The translations under genes were made by a program, and so were the position numbers. A stretch of 64,000 nt of DNA from Ylistrum balloti (Eukaryota). The DNA lies in the NCBI RefSeq assembly GCF_031769215.1, contig NW_026782190.1, positions 1,364,001-1,428,000 on the forward strand. Direction: 5' to 3'. Of this stretch, positions 41,801 through 53,982 are shown piece by piece (positions within the stretch are counted from its first letter, which is position 1; each line of letters starts with the position of its first letter). The notes below the pieces were generated by a model. It saw only the letters and a list, made by a program, of their open reading frames with translations. It had not been told where the DNA came from and made no database searches.

Positions 41801-44800
41801 TATCAATGCACAAAAGATCCACATTCGCTGTTACATGAATCTTAAGCACAAACAGCGGTTTTGTTTCTTATCTATCTTCGAGACACGTAACCGATATCAA
41901 TATCAAGTCAATCCTAATTCATTCAAAATGAACCCGAATTGGCTAAACAGTTTCAAAGATATGAAAGAGTCGCGACTGCATTCGTGTTACATGACGCTTG
42001 CCTGCTGTATGCTGAAAGTCAATGTCATAATCATTCACCAGTAATTAATCCGACAGACAAATTACTCCTGCTACCTTAAAAGATTAACCTATCAAAATGT
42101 TCAATCAAGTGTAACATAGTTAAGATGTTGAAAGATGTATGGATAGTTAGAAACATTTCATGGCAACATCACAAGCTCACATAAACAAGTAAGGCAGTCA
42201 CTATACACTGGTAACGATGAATTACATATATATTAGATAACACTTTAAACCAAAGTGTTTGTACGTTTCCGAAATTTATCCAGCTGACCTTCTGTACTTT
42301 ATCTATAATTTTACACCTGCCAAATTCTCTGATATTCTTTTCTATAATTCATGATATCGAATTTCAAAGTGAACGGCCTTCACTTATTCTTAGCAGTTAC
42401 TAGTTTAAAACTGTTCCTTTATCAAAGTGTAATTAAGATTTGTTAATCGTACAACAACTACTTTATTTTAGGGGTTTTCACACGCGAAGTATTGTGATAA
42501 GATATATCAATAATGCAGTTCCTTTATGTTTCTTATATACATACAGTTACCACAGCGGATGAGCGAATACATATTATTAATATACCAACAAAATCATAAT
42601 GCTCTGAAATTAAGTAAGTTTACCGAAAAAGACTGTTTTCTTCTTTAACAATTCTAATGACCAATATGTACCGGGTGGTAAAATAAGAAACGTATAGGCA
42701 ATGTATAACACACTGGTCATTTTGTAAGGTTACGCCTTTATTGATTTAGTTAGTATGATATGTACTTAACCGAAACAACGATATTTTTATATACATGAAA
42801 ATGTGTGTCATTCAAGCTATGCAATAAAGCAATAAAACACATACGTAAATATATATATATATGTCATATACAAGGTTATAAAAGATTCGTGTCGATAACG
42901 GCAGAAAACTGCTTTGTGGTAGGTTGTTCATAAAACCTCCAGTAGGCCAGTAAGTGATAGCTGTACATATGCTACAACAACTTCAATCACCGACACGCAA
43001 TTGACATTACTTAAATAACACCCAATTAAAAAATCGAATAGTAAAATAAACAGTTCGGGCTGAGATGGGGACGCGTCATCCATGATATCGATTCTGAGGC
43101 TCTGACACCTGTCGGACCCTGGAAATGACTCAAAGATAAGAGGTTTCATTGTCAATGAAATATCGATTGACGTTGATGCAAGAGATTATAATAATGTGAT
43201 GATAAAGTGGAAAGATGATAGGTGATGAAGCACACTTGATTTCATACGGAACATCTGTGACTCATTTCATATTGTTTTTTTAGTATAACGACCTACTATC
43301 AAAACAAAGGCTGCTGTTACTGTGTGTTTACATCACTTTTTTTAAAGATGTCTTACATATTGATTGCATTGATACAATTCTACGAATGTTGTATGTTGTA
43401 ATAACGCAAATTGAAATGTAAAAATAAATTTTATCAATATATTTGTGTATTTGAATTTCAACAGCAGATATAACATTCATTAATCAAAAAAAAATTAAAT
43501 ATATTCAATGTAACCAACAAATATTAAATTTCCCTTACCTACGCATATCCATTTACAATTTAGGAATCTTTGAAACCTTTAAAAAATAACTGCAAATATG
43601 CTGGAGATCACCGCATATACTTTATTATGGAATGGCTGTGAAAAGAGTAATTATACGAACATGTGCGTTATTAGTCTTGCTTTGATTTTCCCAGCCAGTA
43701 TTTTACCAAGCCAATGTAAGAACGCTCGAGGTGAAATAAATGAAGCTAGCCGGTTTTTTCCTTTTCCCTCTACATACAAATTCAAATAAATATGTTCGGT
43801 AAGTGTTGCTTTGCATCGTGAAACATGATGTATTTTCCAACTGTCAGAATAGTTTACATTGTCGTCTAATCAACAAAGCCCGATTAAAGTTTTAAACATT
43901 TCCCTGTAGTGTGACTAGTGCTTTCTTGATGTCCTTGTGTAGGTCTGTCATACTCATGTGTAGAACAGTGCGCAAAACAACATAAAATTGATATTAGGAG
44001 AATTCATTGCTACATATTTACAATCGCTGATGTACACTCCACATGAATCTATCACATACAATCGACATCTATTGTGCTCTCACACATCATAAATTCGCGC
44101 TCGCAAACGCAAGACATTAATTCATTTTGACACTGTTTTATTTATCAAACCAACCGATGCGATTTGACTACTTAACTACACAATTTCGTGGATATTACTA
44201 TTAAAGTATAATATCGATAATATATGGATGGAACCTCAAGTATTTACGATCCTGTTGTGAAATATACATTTTGGTGTATATAGGTGTACATTGTAACTCA
44301 AAAGTTTGTAACTAAAGCAAGGAGTTGGGCTTGTTGTATTCTTAGATCAACAAGCGTTATAGCTGTTTGATTGTTTTTGTCTTCAAATTAAAACACATTT
44401 ATCTTGTTATCTGTAGGGTAGAAGCTATCGTGTATATAGCATTTTGTGAGGTGAAACACTAAGCTTTAAGAACAACGTGAAACATTCCTAATGTAATGAA
44501 ATTTAAAACTTTAAAACGTCACTTGCTTGATTGATTGCTATCAAATTGAGCAACAGAATAATTGATTAGATAAACATTCAATTAAAATATCTAAAGGGGC
44601 ATTTTTGCTCCCAGTTCCTCGAAAATGAAAAACATATAATGAGGATTTAATACGGATGTGCGCAATTTGAAACAATGAATTGAAAACCATTTGAAATGTG
44701 ATCTAAGGAGTCACTATGGCGACTTAGTATAGTGTCTGTTGAATTGAACTAAATAACTTAGTATCACCACAGATCAGGACAAAATGGGAAGGTAGAATTT

Positions 44801-45378
44801 AATTAGCAAGTATATAACCAAATACTGTTTCAGAAAACAATATGTTCTATTGTATCCATGTCTTGATAATGAACGGTCTTAAGTACCCTGCAAAACATAC
44901 GACCACTAAAACGCATTAGGAACAAACATGTAGCATGCAATTACGTGTTTTCATTTAATTTTCCACTGTTAATCACAAATGCTGGCGTGTGTAGAGTCAG
45001 ACAGTTGTCGACAACACATTGGGTCTCGCTGTGATAAATCTATTTTAGTGTTCAAATTTCGAACGAACTTTAATAAACATCAATATTACGTTATCGTGTC
45101 AATGATTTGTGTCACAGTGGTCATTAAAAATCCCTTTGTTCTGGGAAATATAACTGCTGTACATGTATCTCTATACTGGACGGTACTAACGTTCTCCTTC
45201 CGACCCCAACACCTCACCTTCGTAGTTTCGTCGATGTCTTCTGTTTACAGATCATTTAGGAAACACAAAAGGTGTAGATGAAGATTGCATGATGCATATT
45301 TATTTCAAGTCGTGCTTTCTATCACGAAGACAACGACAGTGATTAACGCGTTGTCCGTTTTATTTCCGTCACTGTCCA

Positions 45379-45605
45379 TTATTTTCCCCATGTATAATTG
45401 ACATGGTGACTGTATGGACGTCCAAACCTGATACGATGTATAATCGATGTGACATGCTTCATTCTACGATGTAACTGTACATATGTATTAAGCGAATTGG
45501 GGGATTGGTTTTCAATATCATTATCAGACGATGATGCTACTTTCGTTATTTGCATTAGTAATACACACGATATTGTCAGCCTAAACGTCACGTGTCAGAG
45601 GCCAT
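45379..45605 (-). CDS. Candidate NPY/NPF-like (RxRFamide) neuropeptide precursor; start codon out of frame (pseudogene, allele or assembly indel)
   Basis: Frame 45591-45379 reads (V)TFRLTISCVLLMQITKVAS|SSDNDIENQSPNSLNTYVQLHRRMKHVTSIIHRIRF-G-R-PYSHHVNYTWGK*. It has a hydrophobic signal-like stretch and a 36-aa predicted mature peptide, and its C-terminus aligns with NPY LRHYINLITRQRY. AATAAA lies at 45364-45359. The ATG at 45605 reads MASDT* and needs one extra base to join the frame. Confidence 0.5.
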
Positions 45606-46900
45606 GCAGTTTTCAGGTATACTTACTGACGGTGTTGATGACTTTGTGTTTAAAGTGACATCTTTACTAACATATTATATCGATCATTAGTAATGAACGA
45701 ATTTTAAAATAAAGAATCAAAAGAAGAACAAACGTGTTTAAAATCGGAAAGGATGAAAACAAAGATTTTGGTGGTGGTGTTTTCACCTACATTATTCTTA
45801 ATTTCAATTGCTAGTTCAATTATGCCGTTTGGTGGAATTTGCATAAACCAACAACTGGTACATGATCTGATGCTTACAAAATCATGTATCTGAAACAATG
45901 GTTTGGTCAGCCATATAAATTGTATATAGACTGTTTACTGTAGAATGCATTTCCTTATAGAAAATGCTTCCATAAATCAACAATATAGTTCTAGTATCAT
46001 TGTACATTGTACAACTTTGTACATCGAACAATCGAACAAACATCTATATCATTGATGACGGAATTAAGTGTACATTTACTTTATGCCATGTATGCAAATA
46101 ATCGCGTGCTGATGGAAGACGTTGGTCCATCTGCATGTTGATATGTTACAAATAAGTACCAGTGTCAATGTGTTTCCGAGGATATTGACAGAAAGCTAAT
46201 TTCATGGTGTTACCAAAGATAAACGATGTTTATCAGGCCATTGACAGAAAACCCATGCAAATAAAATTAGCATTAGCAAACAAACGTCGGCCAAATAACG
46301 TCTCTCCTCATCCATTAACAGTTAATTCACGAGCTCTTAGTAACATCACAAGCTGACCGGTATCTTGGATATATATTACTTATGAAGTTTGATGGGTGCA
46401 ACACTCTCTCTGTCCAAACATATCCCGTGGAGTGGCGATCCCGGAATGACCCTGACAGCTGCATAAACGCCGTTCCGCCAAGTTGATATATACTGTTGGC
46501 AGGGTGATTACCCATCCATCCACAATCTTAAACGAATTGGAGCGAATGGCGTTTCTTCAGATTGTCATTTTTTGGATCTCAATATTCTTTTATAATCTTA
46601 AAAACCCGTTCTAATGTTTTCCGAATATATGTGATGTATTTTTGTATGTTCTGTACCAAAATCCTTACGTTATCTTTCAAAATGATAGTGTTTAGTGTCA
46701 GCAGTCATTCATTTTACTGAATACAAGGAAATATTTTATTAATATTCATATTGTTAATTTGGCAGAACACGAGCTCTTTGCTGACATGAAATTGTTAGAG
46801 TGATATTAAGTAAGTAGATGCACTTGCTTTTTCTTTCAGTAGAAGTCGGATATAATGTAAATACAGATGTGTAACGACGACAGGCGTACCAAACGTTAAA

Positions 46901-49230
46901 AAGTTAATGATGCGTGGTAAGTGATATTGTAAAGTTTATGACACGTGGTAAGTGTTGGTGTAAACTTAATGATGCCTGGTAAGTGTTGGTGTAACGTTAA
47001 TGATGCGTGGTAAGAGTTGGTGTAAAGTTAAGGATACGTGGTAAGTGTTGGTGTAAAGTAAATGATATGTGGTAAGTGTGAGTGTAAAGTTAATGATGCG
47101 TGGTAAGTGTTGGTGTAAAGGTTATGATACGTGGTAAGTGTTGGTGTAAAGTTTATGATACGTGGTAAGTGTTGGTGTAAAGTTAATGATGCGTGGTATG
47201 TGTTGTTGTAATGTTTTTGACACGTGGTAAGTGTTGGTGTCAATCTAATTACACGTGGTAAGTGTTGATGTAAATTTAATGATGCCTGGTGAGTGTTGGT
47301 GTAGAATTAATGATGCGTGGAAAGTGTTGGCGTAAAGTTAATGATGCGCGGTAAATGCTGGTGTAAAGTTAATGGTGCTTTGTAAATGTTGGTGTAAAGT
47401 TCATGACACGTGGTAAGTGTCGATGTAAAGTTAATGATAAGTGGTAAGTTAATGAAGCGTGGTAAGTGTTGGTGTAAAGTAAAGTATAAGTGGTAAGTGA
47501 ATAATGCGTGGTATTTTTTGGTGTAAGTTAATGAAGCGTGACAAGTGTTGGTGTAAAGTTAATGATACTTGTTAATTTTTGGTGTAAATCTAATTATACA
47601 TGGTAAGTGTTGTTGTAAATGATACGTGTTAATTTTTGGTGTAAATCTAATTATACATTGTAAGTGTTGTTGTAAAGTTCATGACACGTGGTAAGTGTCG
47701 GTGTAAGATTAATGATAAGTGGCAAGTGTTGGTGTAAGCTGAATGATGCGTGGCAAGTGTGGGTGTAACGTTGATGATAAGTGGTAAGTTTTAGTGTAAG
47801 TTCATGATACGTGGTAAGTGTTGGAGTAAACCTAATGATAAGTGTTAAGTGTTGATGTAAAGTTAAGTATAAGTGGTAAGTGTTGGTGTAAAGTGAATGA
47901 TGCGTGGTAATTTTCGGTGTAAGTTAATGAAGCGTGACAAGTGTTGGTGTAAAGTTAATGATACGTGTTAATTTTTGGTGTAAATCTAATTATACATGGT
48001 AAGTGTTGTTGTAGAATTCAGGATACGTAGTAAGTGCTAGTGTAAGCTGAATGAGGCGTGGTAAGTGTTGGTGTAAAGTTAATGATGCGTGGTAAGTGTG
48101 GGTGTAAAGTTTATGTCACGTGGTAAGTGTTGGTATAAACCTACTGATGCGTGGTAAGTGTCGGCATAAAGTTAATGATATATGGTCAGTGCTGCTGTAA
48201 AGTTAATGATGCGTAATAAGTGTTGATGTAAAGTTGATGATACGTGGTAAGTGTTGGCGTAAATTAATGATCCGTGGTAAGTTGTGGTGTAAGTAAATGA
48301 AGCGTGGCAAGTGTTGGTGTAAGCTGAATGATGCGTGGTAAGTGTTGATATAAAGTAAATGTAAGTGGTAAGTGTTGGTGTAAAGTAAATGATACGTGTT
48401 TAGTGTTGGTGTAAATCTAATTATACGTGGTAAGTGCTGTTTTAAAGTTCATGACAGGTGGTAAGTGTCGTTGTAAAATTAATGATACGTGGTCAGTGCT
48501 GCTGTAAAGTTAATGATGCGTGGTAAGTGTTGGCGTAAAGTTAATGCAGCATGGCAAGTGTTGGTGTAAGCTGAATGATGCGTGGTAAGTTTTGGTGTAA
48601 AGTTAATGAAGCGTGGCAAGTGTTGGTGTAACGTTAATGATTAGTGGTAAATATTGGTGTAAAGTTAAGTATTAGTGGTAAGTGTTGGTATAAAGTTGAT
48701 GATACATGGTTAGTGTTGGTGTAAAGTTAATGATACGTGGTAAGTGTTGGTGTAAAGTTAATGATTAGTGGTAAGTGTTGGTGTAAAGTTAATGATAAGT
48801 GGTAAGTGTTGGTGTAAAGTTGATGATTCGTGGTAAGTGTTGATGTAAACCTTATGCTTAGTGGTGAGTGTTGGTGTATAATTAATGATGCGTGGTAAGT
48901 GTTGATGTAAAGTTTACAATAAGTGGTAAGTGTTGGTGTAAAGTAGATGATGCGTGGTATTTTTTGGTGTAAGTTAATGAAGCGTGATAAGTGTTGGTGT
49001 AAGCTGTATGATGAATGGAAAGTGTTGGTGTAAAGTTGATGATACATAGTAAGTGGTGGTGTAAAGTAAATGATACATAGTAAGTGGTGGTGTAAAGTAA
49101 ATGATACGTGGTAAGTGTGGGTGTAAAGTTAATGATACGTGGTAAGTGTGGGTGCAAAGTTGATGTAACGGGATAAGTGTGGGTGTAAAATTGATGATAC
49201 GTGGTAAGTGTTTGTGTAAAGGTAATGAAT
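46901..49230. repeat. 31-bp minisatellite array, about 75 units, with higher-order duplications
   Basis: Consensus GTGGTAAGTGTTGGTGTAAAGTTAATGATGC, strongly G/T-skewed on the plus strand. Variant markers recur (gaagcgtgacaag, atctaattata). Confidence 0.97.
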
Positions 49231-49337
49231 CGCATGGATTGTATACTTATTTCACTTCTTAACAATGAATAGTTTTTTTATACAAAAAGGTTAATACATT
49301 TGAATAGATCATACAATGTACATTATACATGTCACTA

Positions 49338-49548
49338 ACACTGACCAAAGTTCCCGACGTCACTTGCAATAAATACAGGTACCGCGATCACTATTAAAAA
49401 CCAAAAGTCCGAACGTCCCTTACACTGAGCAAAGGTAACATCGTCAATTACACTGACCAAAGCTATCGATGTCACATATACTGGACAAAGGCACCAACGT
49501 CACCTACAGTGACAAAAAGATGCTGACGTTACTTACACTTGACCAAAT
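49338..49548. repeat. Degenerate tandem repeat, about 28-bp unit, about 7 copies
   Basis: Recurring ACACTGACCAAAG....CGACGTCAC pattern at roughly 28-bp spacing. Confidence 0.75.
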
Positions 49549-49579
49549 CTAGTGTTGTTACTCGCATCATTACGCATGA

Positions 49580-50388
49580 ATTACCTGACGAAGTAAAATT
49601 GATTTGTGAGGGGAGGTGCACACTTGTATTACGTGGCGAGGTAAAATGAATTATGAGGGGAGGTGCACACTTGTATCACGTGGCGAGGTAAAATGAATTA
49701 TGAGGGGAGGTACACTCTTGTATTACGTGGCGAGGTAAAATGAATTATGAGGGGAGGTGCACACTTGTATTACGTGGCGAGGTAAAATAAATTATGAGGG
49801 GAGGTGCACACTTGTATCACGTGGCGAGATAAAATAACTTTGTGAAGGGAGGTACACTCTTGTATTACGTGGCGTGGTAAAATAATTTTGTGAGGGGAGG
49901 TGCACACCTGTATTACGTAGCGAGGTAAAATAATTTTGTGAGGGGAGGTGCACACCTGTATTACGTGGCGTGGTAAAATAACTTTGTGAGGGGAGGTGCA
50001 CACCTGTATTACGTGGCGTGGTAAAATACTTTTGTGAGGGGATGTGCACACCTGTATTACGTGGTGATGTAAAATAACTTTGTGAGGGGAGGTGCACACT
50101 TGTATTACGTGGTGATTGAAAATGACTTTGTGAGGGGAGGTGCACACCTGTATTACTTGGCGAGGTACAATAACTTTGTGAGGGGAGGTGCACACCTGTA
50201 TTACTTGGCGAGGTAAAATAACTTTGTGAGGGGAGGTGCACACTTGTATTACGTGGCGAGGTAAAATAACTTTGTGAGGGGAGGTGCACACCTGTATTAC
50301 TTGGCGTGGTAAAATACCTTTGTGAGGGAAGGTGCACACCTGTATTACTTGGCGATGTAAAATAACTTTGTGGAAGAGGTTGCACACA
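49580..50388. repeat. 47/48-bp minisatellite array, about 17 units
   Basis: Consensus GTGAGGGGAGGTGCACACCTGTATTACGTGGCGAGGTAAAATAACTTT (48 bp). The left-end units are a 47-bp variant (AAAATGAATTATGAGGGG). Confidence 0.97.
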
Positions 50389-53010
50389 TCGTTAATGTGG
50401 AAGGGTAAAAGAGAAATCACGCCAAGATTGATGTTATATTTCACGAGGGGCGGTCGCTATTAACATGGGAGAACGGTTTGTTTTTCCCCTAGGGATATGG
50501 GAACGAATTCTGTGTTATATGACCAAGTCTATTTTAAGAAGGTTAGGCAGAAAAGGGTGTAATATGACAGAAACTGTGCCAGATTTCGTTATGCAGAAGA
50601 TATCTTTTGACATGGTAGATATTCTTTACGCTAGAAGGCGACAATAGGTGGCGCTTTAAGTCCCGCAGAATCCCCTAGAAAAGAAAGCCTCATTCCGATG
50701 TCTGTAGTATTTGAGTGAAGAATGCCATTCCCTTATCCCACACAATAGTGCACGTTGCACTGACACATTAAAAAGGTTTTGATGAACCTATTACTTCACC
50801 CATGTGACAGTAAATATGTTTTATCTGAAATGAATCCCTGATGTTGAATTATGTTTCACATATTACTCATACATACGCATTAATTAATGCGCATGCGCTC
50901 GTCCCAGGAGATTCCCATTCGAGTTTACATTCCTGAAACAATGTACAGCATATTTTTAGCAGATACTGGTATTATGTATCGCACAGGCAGGTGGTTTAAA
51001 TTTAATATGCACCCACGATTTTTTAACAACATGTTCGTGTTTGAATATTAGATAAACATCTTGCTCTAATGATGTATGAAGTCATTTCAATACATCCCAT
51101 TAATTTTACATATCGGCATCTGCCATCGAGACTGACTGGTGATGATATCAGTGTTAGCATCCAGGACTGCAGGTCTTCGTCACAGGTAGGGATTCCCAGG
51201 TGTATTCAACGTCATCAGCGGTCCGTTAACTAGTGTGTTATTAAATGGGATTTACGATGACTTGCATCCATCAACTGAATAGGGCTGGATGGGATATAGG
51301 ATGACAAACTTCCGTTAGCTCTGGTGGTATTAATCGTAATACAACCCACACCTGTCATATGCACCGACATCATCTAGTTATACAACATAAATTTTGTATG
51401 CATTTTCATAGTATTATATTGCAAAGGTAACATATACATTTTATGACCATCTGAGATAGGTCTTCGAACATTTACAAACTTAGAAAAGGCACCATCTGCT
51501 TTCAATAAATTTTCAACTCGCATCAGACTATTCAGAATTCAGATAAACTTGTAGAATGACTGGTAACACATCGCTTAGTCGTAATGAGGCGTTTGAAAAT
51601 TTGTTTGAAATCCCCATATACGTGTGTTATGTTCGAGATAGGTACATGTGATTTCTCATCAATGTGTCTAGACCTCAAGTTGTAAGGCGATCATTCATAT
51701 TTTGGGTCATATAAAGGTTTTATCATAACTGACTAATGGTATTAAACATTGAATATATCCTCAACGGAGTGTAACATTTATCTATGGACACTACATTTTA
51801 TGAAACTCGTTTGAACCAAAGTACGACACCTGATAAGACGTGACAATTTTAGAGTTATTCAATGTGCTTGTCCAGGCTGGCCTAGAGTAATCACGGTCTC
51901 ACTAGTAATGTACGACTTTTTTCTTAACATCATAAAAAACAAGTCATTATAGAATTTGATAGCGGACCTGTTACATTAATGTATTTACCAAACGTACTGT
52001 AAGCCTAAACAAAGACGTACAAACTGTTAAACCTATAGCACTGAACTTTATCTTCGGAATACTTAATTCTCTTGATCGTTAATTGTAATGTCCATAGTGC
52101 AAGGTGCTGTATTAAATTCACGGTTGATATGAAATATACTGAACAATTCTAAGTCAGTTTGGGCGAGACACTGCGGACAATTTGTCGGTCAGACCTGCAG
52201 AATATGGATGCTATAAACAAGGCGTTCATAAAAAAAAATCCTTAAAAGAGGTCAAAATGGACCTTTACTATAAGACGGATAGGAATAGTTATCAAAACAT
52301 TAATACATTGAATTTATCCTCAATTGAGGATATATTCAATATTAATGTGTATTAAATCTGAAGTTAGCAACATGCATTTCTTTTTCTAACGTGTATGATA
52401 ATGTAGGTTAAAAAAAACATGTGGCAGATTTAACGCACGTGCAAGTACTTCCTTATCGTCACACCTTTAGCCTCGGGGAGGTTGTATTCCTTGTTATAAA
52501 AGTTTTCAATAATGATGCTCCTGATGTTTTGTGTCTCGTTTTCTAATTATTGTACGACAAACCTAACCTCATTGTCAGCAATGTGTATTTATTGACAAAT
52601 CTGTGTTTAACAATGCCGTTGAGATTTAAACAAGCGCATCATTTCCAAATAGGAAGTCTTTTATGTTTAAAACAAATTGAAGAAATCGTTAGATTGTTGA
52701 GATAAATGGCTGGTGTGACATTGATTATATATCCCATTACAGACGTGTAAATCTACTGTAGGATCTGATTGTACCTGTATACTACACCTGGACAGAACGT
52801 CACCTATCAACAGCTGTATTAAATGTTTGATTAATTGTATCCTACTCATTAACCGTGTTTGTGTTAGACCCGAGTAATTAATCAACGGAAGCATTGATTA
52901 CTGTTGGTATCGGGTGCGTATTTCATTGCGGTGATATAGACAACGTACCAAGTAACAATACACTAAGCTTTCTGTGGCATGACATTGCTATATGGAATCA
53001 GTCAGTGCAT

Positions 53011-53225
53011 GGTTGTAGGGCAGCAATACCGGTAACACACAAGCAGTCACCTAGACGATCGGGGGCTCGATTTCCCGATCGGACATAAAGAGGTATATAT
53101 TAGGGTTATCTGCCCTGGTTACTCCTGTTTCCTTCTGCGGCAACACTCCTTGTGTTCTGACATCCGTTCAATCAATGGTGATTAATATAGGTTGTTATCA
53201 TTCATTTCACAATGAAATAAACATG
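53011..53225 (+). mobile_element. Older, degenerate copy of the V-SINE at 1530-1759
   Basis: TCACCTA..CGA.CGGGG..CGAT.CCCG..CGGAC head, GTTACTCCTGTTTCCT V-domain remnant and ACATCCG...GTGATTA.TATA.GTTG 3' part, all collinear with the minus-strand copy. Confidence 0.65.
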
Positions 53226-53982
53226 GTTCATAATCATACATGTATGCATGAACGAATGTAGGTTTTGGCATATTCAAGTACCTTATGTTACGTTCCAAAG
53301 TGAGAAAAGGTAAAAACAAATGCCAAGACTATGTGTTTGTGACTGATAGAAATGTTGCAGTAAGGTATCAATGTAATAATGGTTCTGAAAAAAATGCTCC
53401 TTTTGTTTATCCCGAGTTGCCCTATCAGTTGTTCACACCATCCTCATGTTTTAAAGTCATTGCCAAGGAGAACATAAAACAACAAAAACAAATATATTTG
53501 TATAGATATTGTTTATTATTAAAGAACCTTTGTTACAATGTATGTGGAATGTACTGCTGTGAAGACCCACACGAATGGCGTCATTGCAAATACTAATGGC
53601 GGTTGTTGTGTACTATTGGCTAGTTACTTAGACAGGACCAGTGCATATGTCTTCATTAATTGTTGGATAAAAGAGCGGTTTCTGTTCCGGACGAATTCAT
53701 CTGGTTACACATCTTCCTGTTAGTGTTACACTATTAACATTTAAAAGGAAATTGGAGATTGTGTCGTTCACAACAGGGAGATATAGAAGAGTGATTTTTT
53801 CTTGATCGTACTTACTTTTTACTGTATTTGAAAACCAATATCAAACAACGATGACAAAAAACATGGTATTATCACTATTGCTGTATTTTGATGTTTAATA
53901 AAGGATCAAGCTTTTGCCTTCTATTCCGATCAATTTGGTTTTCCTCAGTTACCTTCTAGGTTTCAACATTTAGACCCTTAGT

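Noticed and set aside
48727-49265. ORFs of 106 and 127 aa (and 47028-47243) rich in T/H/L
   Set aside because: They are translations of the 31-bp satellite. The unit is not a multiple of 3, and the C/A-rich strand is simply poor in stop codons.
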